A stretch of DNA of 64,000 nt from Macrostomum lignano. Taxonomy: Eukaryota. Positions within the stretch are counted from its first letter, which is position 1, and every line of letters begins with the position of its first letter. Below are positions 46,854 through 58,004 of this stretch, piece by piece. A model generated the notes under the pieces. That model saw nothing but the letters and a program-made list of their open reading frames with translations. It was not told the DNA's origin and did no database searches. The DNA is taken from contig NIVC01000623.1 of the NCBI GenBank assembly GCA_002269645.1, positions 62,001 through 126,000 of the forward strand, written 5' to 3'. A program made the translations under genes and the position numbers.

Positions 46854-47309
46854 ATTTAAAGCCAGTCAAATTGTCTCAAATCGCGTTGTAATCTTGTGCA
46901 AACGGGACCGGACACTTGTCTTGAATACTCATTGGGGTTTTCTCAGCAGGGAAATGGGAATGACCAGCTCTTTATAAACGGATCGTGCTTGAAGACGTTG
47001 GGAATTTCTAGTCTTGGTTTTTAGTGTCGCATGCCTACACAAGTTAGCTGACTAGGGAGATTCCGCTATATGCGAACGGTATGATTTATTGTAAAACTAA
47101 ACTGGTCCTAAATCCTAATGACGCTAAACAATGTATTAGATTGAAATAATATCGTTAACAATATTGATCGGCCTTTGACTGTGTGTGCAGCGAATAGTTG
47201 GCCTCTCCGTCAGCCTTGCCTCCGTTAAACTTGTCTGAAATCGGGTGTTGATTAGTTTTTGATAATTTGGCTGCAAGAGGCCCACTGCAGTGCGCACGCA
47301 ATTCACGAC

Positions 47310-50300
47310 TTACGATGACTCGCGCCCATCGGATCTTGAGAGGCTTATCAGCAGCCGCTGCCGTTCTGGCGTCAGCTCCTGGCTGGCCGGGAATGTCCCA
47401 ACCTCCCCGCCGCCTCCGCTATCGTCTGCTGAGCTGCTCCTCGACTGCTGGTGGTGTTGCTGTTGATAAAGTGTAGACTCCGAGTCTAGCCGGATTGGCT
47501 GTGAAGACTCCGCTGCGGCCGTCGCGCCGCGCAGGCCGTCCAGTTCGCTGCTGCTGTGCGCGCAGTGCAGCGTCGGTCTGGTCCGAGCGGCCGGCTCTGA
47601 GAGCCACCGTTCCGGCTGCGACGGCGGCGGCGGCTTCGGCGAAACTGGCCGCGCCGCAATCGCCGAGTCGAAAGAATGATGATTACAACGTGGACAAGTC
47701 GCGGCGCTTGCCTGCTGCAGGGCGCTCGACTTCGGCGGCGGCTGCGGCAGGAGCTGCAGCTGGCGCAGCAGGGCCTCTCGGGCGCGCCGGAGCCGCTCAA
47801 GCCAGTCGTCGCACTGGCGCTGGTCCTGGGCGGCCAGGCACAGCAGGCTGTCGATGCTGCCAAAATCCGACAGTACGGCGGCTACGAACGAGTCTGATGA
47901 TTGAATCAAGGATTACATGTAGTTGGCTATATAGCCACAAGAACCGCTGACAATCTGCAAGAACCAACAGTTTGCTCACCAAGCTCAAAACTGCTTACTC
48001 AAGAGTCTTGCGTACATCATATAAAATGAGATGCGCTTCACACACGAGCGTAAATCCGTAGAAGTGAAACAGTAAACAGTAATAGAATTACTTGATTTTC
48101 AAGCTATTCGGACCGCTAGTAGATAGTAGGAAAATTATCGACAAAGAATTACTCTTATGCTGTGCATAAACATTTCTCTAATCACTCACTGCTGCCATCG
48201 CCCAGTCTGTGGGTGACCAGTTTGTCCAGTCGGATCGGAGACCTCAGCGGGCGCAAACTTGGCCTCTTAGAGCCGCGGGCCAGCAGCAGCATGTCGGTGA
48301 ACAGCAGGCACCGCGCCTCGCTCCACTGCGGATTCGGTGGGAACCGGGTTGTGAGACTTGAGGTAAATGAATATAATCAAAGACCTGCCTACATACGCGA
48401 TCCAACATGTGACACCTCTATCTTACAGTTACAGGTGACTCTCGTGTCTAACATGTGACACCTTTATCTTACAGGTGACTCCCGTGTCTAACATGTGACA
48501 CCTCCATCTTACAGGTGACTCCCGTGTCTAACATGTGATACCTTTATCTTACAGGTGACTCCCGTGTCTAACATGTGACACCTTTATCTTGAAGAGGACT
48601 CCCGTGTCTAGCAAGTGACACCTTTATCTTACAGGTGACTCGATCCCGTGTCTAACATGTGCTTCTCTCTTAGAGGCAAAATCCATTTTAACTGGTGTTA
48701 GAGGGGGGGTGTCACTTGTAGCACGTGAGCCATGAAGCCACCCACATCAGATGCAGTAGCCATCCAATACCTTGCCTCGCTCGTCCTTCAGCCGCAGGTC
48801 GCCCTCAAATATCTTTCTACGCTGCTGGCCATTGTGCTGCATGGGCCTCAGCAGGCTGAGCCGGTACCGCTCCATAAGGCTTGAACAATCCTCGCCAAAC
48901 GAGTCTATCGCATCCTGTAGCTTGGCGTCTTCCTCGAGCTTATCGGCCACCACTCGAACCTCGTCTTCGTCCGTCTTTTTCTGGTAGCGACTGTTCAGCT
49001 GGCTGCAGAATTCCGTTACTTTGAGGATCTGCAGCAGTTTAGTTGCAGAAATCTGCACTACGAGTATACAGTACAACTGCGAACACGTTGCAATGCTTTT
49101 AATGCGATCAAAACTCAACCTTGACCTCCCCCAAAGCTATAGGCTGTCTTACCCGCCACCCCATCACTCACCCTCTCCAAAGCCATGCTGTCTTACCCGC
49201 CACCCCATCACTCACCCTCTCCAAAGCCATGCTGTCTTACCCGCCACCCCATCACTCACCCTCTCCAAAGCTATGCTGTCTTACCCGCCACCCCATCACT
49301 CACCCTCTCCAAAGCCATGCTGTCTTACCCGCCACCCCATCACTCACCCTCCCAAAGCCATGCTGTCTTACCCGCCACCCCATCACTCACCCTCTCCAAA
49401 GCCATGCTGTCTTACCCGCCACCCCCATCACTCACCCTCCCCGATGCTAGGCTGTCTTACCCGCTACCCCGTCTCTCACCCTCCCCGATGCTAGGCTGCC
49501 TCACCCGCCACCCCATCATTCACCCTCCCCGATGCTAGGCTGCCTCACCCGCCACCCCATCACTCACCCTCCCCGATGCTAGGCTGCCTCACCCTCCCCG
49601 ATGCTAGGCTGTCTTACCCGCCACCCCATCACTCACCCTCCTCGGGGCTAGGCTGCCTCACCCGCCACTCTATCACTCACCCTCCCCGATGCTAGGCTGC
49701 CTCACCCGCCACCCCCAGCACTCACCCTCCCAAAGCTAGGCTGCCTCACCCGCCACCCCATCACTCACCCTCCCCGATGCTAGGCTGCCTCACCCGCCAC
49801 CCCATCACTCACCCTCCCCGATGCTAGGCTGCCTTACCCGCCACCCCCAGCACTCACCCTCCCCGATGCTAGGCTGCCTCACCCGCCACCCCCAGCACTC
49901 ACCCTCCCCAAAGCTAGGCTGCCTCACCCGCCACCCCATCACTCACCCTCCCCGATGCTAGGCTGCCTCACCCGCCACCCCACCACTCACCCTCCTCGGG
50001 CTAGGCTGCCTTACCCGCTACCCCCGTCTCTCACCCTCCCCGATGCTAGGCTGCCTCACCCGCCACCCCATCACTCACCCTCCCCGATGCTAGGCTGCCT
50101 CACCCGCCACCCCATCACTCACCCTCCCCGATGCTAGGCTGCCTCACCCTCCCTGATGCTAGGCTGTCTTACCCGCCACCCCATCACTCACCCTCCTCGG
50201 GGCTAGGCTGCCTCACCTGCCACCCCAATCACTCATCCTCCTCGGGCTAGGCTGCCTCACCCGCCATCCCATCACTCACCCTCCTCGGGGCTAGGCTGCC

Positions 50301-52865
50301 TCACCTGCCACCCCAATCACTCATCCTCCTCGGGGTTAGGCTGCCTCACCTGCCACCCCAATCAGTCATCCTCCTCGGGGCTAGGCTGCCTCACCTGCCA
50401 CCCCAATCACTCATCCTCCTCGGGGCTAGGCTGCCTCACCCGCCATCCCATCACTCACCCTCCTCGGGGCTAGGCTGCCTCACCCGCCATCCCAATCACT
50501 CATCCTCCTCGGGGCTAGGCTGCCTCACCCGCCACCCCATCACTCACCCTCCTCGGCTAGGCTGCCTCACCCGCCACCCCATCACTCACCCTCCTCGGGC
50601 TAGGCTGCCTCACCCGCGACCCCATCACTCACCCTCCCGATGCTAGGCTGCTGCATAGTGAAAAGGATAAAAAGCATTGGGCCCAAAACACCCACCATGA
50701 TCTCAAGCGACTCCCTATCGCCGGGCTCCTCGGTGTGCCTGAGAATCTCCTGCAGCAGAAGGCCGTACTTGGTGATGCGCTGGAACGGCGTAGTTAGCAG
50801 CGATTTCAGCTGCAGATCGACCGATCCCTCGTCGGAGCTGTAGTTTCTGGCGCTGTACTTTTGCGCCCACTGCCAGGAGTGTTGAAGAGTTTAAAGAAAA
50901 TTCAAGTTGCTCAAGTGAGATATAAATGACACTCACTGACTGAGACATCATGCACTACGCACAGCAGCTGTGAGAGATTCAATTTAGACTACTGAGAAAG
51001 TAGACGAATAAAGATTTGAATCGTAAAATCTATCAAATAGCCCAAAAATGTCGTCATGAAAGAAATGTCTGTGCACACCACAAATACTGAAGTAACTAGA
51101 TGGACACTCAGGTATATAGCAAAGAATACATAAGCTATTTTTTTTTTAAATAAAGGCAGCTGAAATACTTTGATAAGTTTAGAAGCCCAAGCTTGCAGGC
51201 GCAAACAACTTGCTAATTGGTTCAGCCATAATGTACACTAGCCAGTGCCACTGAAATGTACATGGCAGCTTTAGGCTGGAAGTCCGAGAAAGGTACCAGG
51301 TAATAAATAAAATTGGGTGGTGGGGCGGGGGTGGAAAGGCTCGGGGGTTTAAGCTGGGGGGGAGTAAGTGCCAATAAACTGAGCCTTGGCTATAAAAATA
51401 CATTAACCTACTACTGAACTGAAAGTAGCTTACACGCAAATATGCTGAGTGGTCCACCTAGTAGTTATTCTGGTACCTGTGGTGCCACACTGAGAGTGGT
51501 GGCAGAGGACGGCGTGTGGCTGTTGCTGACTGACAAAGGCAAATAAGCCAGAAACCGGTCTCACACCAGCAGCCAACACAATCAAAATCCAGTCTCACCT
51601 TGACAAATTCATTAAATGCATCGTTCTTCTCCTGCAGCCGCAGGTACTCCTTGCAGTCGCTAATGCTCAAGCAATAGTCCACTGACGGCTGGAAAATCTG
51701 GGGGAAGCCTTCGAAACCCGATTGAAAGTCGCTCGGCCTGATGAAGCCGCCTCGCTGCTTGGCGGCCAGCAGGGCGGGCTTGAGGTGCAGCGACCACAGT
51801 GTATAGTGAGCCTGGAACACGGCAGACAGGCAGGGGAACAGCCGCTGGGTGCTCACGTCTGTTAGCAGGCCGGCACTGGACTGCAGGTGCTGCAGCACGT
51901 TCGCGTACACCTGGGTAGGATATGATAGGGGGTGCTAGAATATTAAGAATTAATAATAATAACTGATTACACCTGCCCCAATGAGCAGATGTGCAACCGA
52001 CAGCTTAACCGCAGCTATTGCACGGCGCATCTGAAGGCTGCGTACGGCTGTTCTGCAGTCCAAGGACACCCTCAATTACCCCAGCTAATGCTGGCACCCA
52101 TTTTACAGCTGGGTGAACTGAAGCAATGCAGAGTTAAGTGTCTTTCTCAAGGACAAATTATTCCGAGTGGATCGGGAATCGAACCCCCGATCTTAAGGTT
52201 ATTTAGGCCTTGCTTAGGGCTTGTGAAGTTTAGAGCTTAACATTGCCATTCGCGATCTTGTTTCTAAGCTAATTCGTATTCAGCGGAATCAATGGTCGAT
52301 AAAATGAGTCGACAGTTTAAAAAACTTTTAAAAATCTCACCTCAATGATGGTCTTAAGGTGGCGCAGTATGTTGAGCTCTGTGTGGCACAGCTCCCATAT
52401 TGCCGCCTGCTGTTTCACAATTTTGCCGCTCGCCTGGCCAGAGGAGTTCTGCAATTGAAATCTTGGCAGAGTAACGGGGTTTGGTTTTCAATGACTAACT
52501 TACTGACTGACTGACTGACTGACTGACTGACTGACTGACTGACTGACTGACTGACTGACTGACTGACTGACTGACTGACTGACTGACTGACTGACTGACT
52601 GACTGACTGACTGACTGACTGACTGACTGACTGACTGACTGACTGACTGACTGACTGACTGACTGACTGACTGACTGACTGACTGACTGACTGACTGACT
52701 GACTGACTGACTGACTGACTGACTGACTGACTGACTGACTGACTGACTGACTGACTGACTGACTGACTGACTGACTGACTGACTGACTGACTGACTGACT
52801 GACTGACTAACTAACTAACTGACTAACTAACTAACTGACTAACTAACTAACTAACTAACTAACTG

Positions 52866-52910
<45 letters not shown>

Positions 52911-55900
52911 TAAACAAATAAAACCAAACCAATCAACCAACTCACCCCGGGCAGATCCGAGACGCTGAGCTGCCAGACGGCCTGCAGGTCGGAGCTGACG
53001 GCCTCCAGCTGCGGGTTGTCCTGCCTGGGCAGGCTCTGCTCGCACTGCCGCAGCTGCTCAGCCAGGCGCTCGCGACTGTCCTGCGGAGCCAGCAAGGCGG
53101 GGTGGCGGGTGCACCTGCTGGCTCCGCCTGTCCCTGAAACTCGCTCTCGGATTTCCTGTCAGCCCATTGCTCAGCGCTTTCCTTCAGTTCTCATTCACCT
53201 TCTCTCCCCTTGATCTATATCACACCTCTCCTCATCCCATCTCTCCCCTCATCCCCTCTCCCTCATCCCATCTCTCCCCACATCCCATCTCTCCCCTCAT
53301 CCCCTCTCCCTCATCCCATCTCTCCCCTCATCCCATCTCTCCCCTCATCCCATCTCTCCCCTCATCCCATCTTTCTCCCTCATCCCCTCTCCCTCATCCC
53401 CTCTCCCTCATCCCATCTCTCCCCTCATCCCATCTCCCCCTCATCCCATCTCTCCCTCATCCCATCTCTCCCCTCATCCCCTCTCCCTCATCCCATCTCT
53501 CCCCTCATCCCATCTCTCTCCCTCATCCCCTCTCCCTCATCCCCTCTCCCTCATCCCATCTCTCCCCTCATCCCATCTCCCCCTCATCCCATCTCTCCCT
53601 CATCCCATCTCTCCCCTCATCCCCTCTCCCTCATCCCATCTCTCCCCTCATCCCATCTCTCCCCTCATCCCATCTCTCCCCTCATCCCATCTCTCTCCCT
53701 CATCCCCTCTCCCTCATCCCATCTCTCCCTCATCCCATCTCTCCCCTCATCCCATCTCCCCCTCATCCCATCTCTCCCTCATCCCATCTCTCCCCTCATC
53801 CCCTCTCCCACATCCCCTCTCCCTCATCCCCTCTCTCTCATCCCATCTCTCCCTCATCCCATCTCTCCCCTCAACCCATCTCCCCCTCATCCCATCTCTC
53901 CCTCATCCCATCTCTCCCTCATCCCATCTCCCCTCATCCCATCTCTCCCTCATCCCATCTCTCCCTCATCCCATCTCCCCCTCATCCCATCTCCCCCTCA
54001 TCCCATCTCCCCCTCATCCCATCTCCCCCTCATCCCATCTCCCCCTCATCCCATCTCCCCTCATCCCATCTCTCCCTCATCCCATCTCCCCCTCATCCCA
54101 TCTCCCCCTCATCCCATCTCCCCCTCATCCCATCTCCCCTCATCCCATCCCATCTCGCGCTCTCTCATATTTAACCATCTATCCGATTGCATTTATTACC
54201 GCATAAGTTTAAGACTAAAATCATAGCTAAAAATGAAAATCCAAAAAAGTTAATTTACACAAACAGACAGCGGCTTCACTTATTAATCACTGCAGCGGGA
54301 TAGAACGATATGATATGATATAATCTGTCAGCTATTGCGTTTACTAAATTGGATTTGACAATTCTGAACTCCCAACTTTAATAGTACATGTATGCTCATA
54401 CTTGTGGCCGCGAGTTCAAAAACGAAAAAAGACAAATTTTCTAGAAAAGAAATAGAAATAATATTTTACAACAAGAATTAGTATCAAGGAAGCCGACGCC
54501 TAATTTTTAGACTCAAGATCGCTGCATATTGGTGAACATGCTCAGTGATCTGGTGTACTGATTGTGTGCACAATAATCACGATGACCTTTTCATATTCTT
54601 GACTACTGTAAGTAGGATAATAGCATTCATAAGTGCAGTTTATCAGATTGGGTTTCACAACATTGCTGCAGCTACTGTCTGTCGTGTACTTTTTGTGTCT
54701 GATAATTAGTAATATTTGACCGCAATAATCCATGAAGTATGAAGATGGAAATTTGCCTGTTGAATGGGCGCTTTAAGAGTTTTAAAAATCTGATAGCATC
54801 CTTAAAAGCTGTAAGAATCTGTAAAATAGTCTGTAAGATTCTGTAGAATTGGCTAAGAGACTGTAGAATTGTCTGTAAACGTCTGTAAGATTGTGCAAAA
54901 TAGTCTCTAAGAGTCTGTAAAAGATTCTGTAGAATTTTCTGTAAGATACTGTAGAGAAGCCTGTAAGATTCTGTAAAACAGGCTGTGAGATTATGTAGAG
55001 CAGTATTTTAAGATTTAAGAGTCTGTAGAAGATTCTGTAAGATTCTGTAAAATACTTTTCTAAATTGTTTAAAATGGTATAAGTCTGTCGTCTGCTAATA
55101 TAATTTACAAGAGCCCATTAAAGAGTCTGTAGATAAGCCAAGAAGTCTGTAAAACCTGGCGGTCAGTACTGTACACATAAGTATAGGTATTCTACAAATC
55201 CAAGCCATGCAGGGGTCGGGGCTTCTAAATGTAGCGGAGGGCGCTGATTATTGGCAAACCTCGCCTCCCTCGCTGTCCCTTGCGCCCGGGAACAGCATCG
55301 TGAAGGAGTTCCTGCGCGGCTTCGACGCTGCCGGCGGTTTCAAACCGGACGACATCGCTTTCTGGTTGCCACCGGAGCAGATTGTGATCACCTGGCGTGT
55401 ACGTTGGCAATTTAAGTATTTGAATCATCCAAGGCAACTGTCGCCTCGATTGGCGTGTAGCAGTTCATTGTGGAGTCACTGTGAGGCCGACTGAGTCGCT
55501 GCTTCACTGGAGTTAATTGGCTTCTGCAGACCTAATCCTGCTTCGCAATCCCCAAGCTTCGCTCACGATCCCCAAGCTTCACAATCGCCAAGATTCACAA
55601 TCCCAGGCTTCACAATCCCCAAAGCTTCACAATCCCCAAGATTCACAATCCCCAAGATTCACAATCCACAAGATTTACAACCCTCAAGCTTCACAATCCC
55701 CAAGCTTCACAATCCCCAAGCTTCACAATCCCCAAGCTTCACAATCCCCAAGCTTCACAATCCCCAAGCTTCACAATCCCCAAGCTTCACAATCCCCAAG
55801 CTTCACAATCCCCAAGCTTCACAATCCCCAAGCTTCACAATCCCCAAGCTTCACAATCCCCAAGCTTCACAATCCCCAAGCTTCACAATCCCCAAGCTTC

Positions 55901-57713
55901 ACAATCCCTAGGCTTCACAATATCTAGGCATCACAATCCAAAGCTTCACAAAACCAATGGCCAATTTCTCCAGTTGCCAAGCTGAGCATCTCGCAACTCA
56001 CCCCTGCTGAGAGTCGCTTCTCGTTCCGTCGATCTCGACCTCTCACTCGGTCGGCATCACGATCTGCGCAAGGATTTTTGAGTCAAAGATCTCGATCAGA
56101 TCAGGTCAGGGGTCGGGTCGGGTCAGAGTTGTCCCTGTCACGCAATGTCCCTGGGGTTTAGTCGCTATTTAGGGAAACACTTTGCTAACTTGGGTGAAAA
56201 ATCCATATACTAAAATGACCAATTAGCTTCTTCCATTGCTGTTTCTTTTATTTTTATTTCCCCAGCACTCAGCTCAGGTGTCACCTGATCTTTCACACGT
56301 CATCCAGGGGCCACCTCGATCTCAGCAGCATCTTGTTTGGGTTCACTTGGGGTCGCGATTCTTATGGACCACCAACTGCTCTTTCCAATTTCAAAGCAAT
56401 CGAGTTGGTGTGCAAGTTTATTAAATTATATTGGCTCAGCCTTGGTTCTAAAGTACAAAAGCTTGGATAGATACTTCTTTATCGCAGGTAAAGAAAAATT
56501 TATCTAAAAAGCCACCTCAGCAGATCATTAATTAATTAAAGTCCCTTCCTTACACAAGCATCTGAAGGATTCTAATACATAATTAACTATGCATGGGATG
56601 TCGCTTGACTTCAAACCTGGCTCGCTCGTATTCCTTGGCAAGCAACTTTTTGCTTAAAAAACTCTGCAACCAAATCTTTTTTAAGACCTACAAAAAGTCA
56701 GTTTGCGTGATGGTTCGAAATGCTCAGGAAATTTGGAGATCGCTAGACCCTATTGAAGAAAAAATTCAAATAAAATATCAATATTAGGAAACATGCTATT
56801 TTGCCTTCTGCCGGCTTTCAATAAAATAGTTTTATTAATTACTATTTTGCTTGAATTTGAGGAAAACAAACATGTTTTTTTTTCGATTTGGAGAAGTCTG
56901 AAAACAGAAACTGCCTTTTTAATTGCCTAACAGGAAATTTTCCTAACTGAAAAATCTATGTGCCAGCAGTGACAGCAGTGACAGCAAGAGGAACAGCCAG
57001 CAGTGACAGCAGGGAACAGCCAGCAATCACAGCAGGGAACAGCCAGCAATCACAGCAGGGAACAGCCAGCAATCACAGCAGGGAACAGCCAGCAATCACA
57101 GCAGGGAACAGCCAGCAATCACAGCAAGGGGAACAGCCAGCAATCACAGCAGGGAACAGCCAGCAGTGACAGCAGGGAAACAGCCAGCAGTGACAGCAGG
57201 GAAACAGCCAGCAGTGACAGCAGTGACAGCAAGGGGAACAGCCAGCAGTCACAGCAAGGGAACAGCCAGCAATCACAGCAGGGAATAGCCAGCAGTGACA
57301 GCAAGGGGAACAGCCAGCAATCACAGCAGGGAATAGCCAGCAGTGACAGCAGGGAACAGCCAGCAATCACAGCAGGGAACAGCCAGCAGTGACAGCAAGG
57401 GGAACAGCCAGCAGTGACAGCAAGGGGAACAGCCAGCAGTCACAGCAGAGAACAGCAAGGGGAACAGCCAGCAGTCACAGCAGAGAACAGCAAGGGGAAC
57501 AGACAGCAGTGACAGCAGGGAACAGCCAGACCTACCCGCAGACAGGTTCATATCCAAAGGCCGGTTGAAAAACTGCTGAGCAAAGATCTCAGCGACATTC
57601 ATGGGAACTCCAGCGCTGGTAGGTGGGCAGTCCCGCTGTGACTCTCCGATCCCAGACTTTGATGCTTCATCTGTGCTCTGCAGAGCCTCAGTGGCCGGCC
57701 TGCTGGGCTGCAT
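47310..57713 (-). CDS. DH-PH RhoGEF of the PLEKHG5/6/7 family, about 692 aa: complement join 57536-57713, 56002-56063, 55260-55391, 52946-53080, 52341-52448, 51599-51910, 50696-50869, 48771-49028, 48190-48325, 47310-47893
   Basis: DH start KQQAAIWELCHTE, TPFQRITKYGLLLQEILRHT, PH motifs CLLFTDMLLL..PIRLDKL and SFVAAVLSDFGS..CDDWLERLRRA; phases consistent throughout. The three 5' exons are inferred from splice signals, phase and GC3 only. Confidence 0.82.
48406..48662. repeat. 40-bp minisatellite, about 6 copies
   Basis: ACATGTGA marker at 48451, 48491, 48531, 48571. Confidence 0.92.
49122..50650. repeat. About 44-bp minisatellite with three successive variant blocks
   Basis: Core CCCGCCACCCCATCACTCACCCT with linker changing from CCAAAGCCATGCTG to CCCCGATGCTAGGCTG to CCTCGGGGCTAGGCTG. 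Confidence 0.95.
51118..51482 (+). repeat. Unclassified dispersed repeat, copy 2 (abuts the 3' part of the RhoGEF intron)
   Basis: Homologous to 45680-45962 in the same orientation, with indels. Confidence 0.75.
51946..52198 (-). mobile_element. CORE-like SINE, second copy, 5'-truncated (B box kept, A box lost)
   Basis: Reverse complement of about 42990-43261 with a small internal deletion; TAA/ATT tail at 51948-51963. Confidence 0.88.
52497..52910. repeat. Compound microsatellite (GACT)n followed by (AACT)n
   Basis: Direct. Confidence 0.97.
53225..54152. repeat. 16-18-bp pyrimidine-rich minisatellite (CCCATCTCTCCCCTCAT)
   Basis: Direct periodicity; source of the Pro/Ser/His ORFs 53167..54226. 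Confidence 0.95.
54810..55155. repeat. Degenerate CTGTAAGA/CTGTAGAA short-period repeat
   Basis: Recurrent CTGTA motif about every 10-12 nt. Confidence 0.7.
55545..55950. repeat. 16-bp minisatellite (CCCCAAGCTTCACAAT)
   Basis: Direct periodicity; same unit as 24735-25082. Confidence 0.93.
56960..57528. repeat. 23-25-bp minisatellite (GGGAACAGCCAGCAATCACAGCA)
   Basis: Direct periodicity. Confidence 0.93.
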
Positions 57714-58004
57714 CTCCGGTTCAAGCGAAAACTTTGGAAGGGCCTAACAAGCTGGCAATGACTTGCGTTGATTCGCGTCTTCTCCCAGTTCTGTTTAGCT
57801 CCCCCTAATGTTGAGCTTTTTCTCCCCTTATTATAGCTGATGGGATTTGGAGGATTGGATTGGAGCGGCCCAGCCAGCGCCAATCAACCCGAGTGTGCTC
57901 TGTCAGGCATCTGACTGTCTCGGCCTCTCTTGGGGTGTTATTTAAGCTCGTGTGCTTTATATTGCTGTTTGATGTTCTGCCTTAGTGCTTCTGCACTGCG
58001 CTGT

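Noticed and set aside
53081-53133. Upstream acceptor TTTCAG at 53134 for the RhoGEF exon
   Set aside because: It is phase 1; the phase-0 acceptor at 53081 fits the high-GC3 frame of the preceding exon
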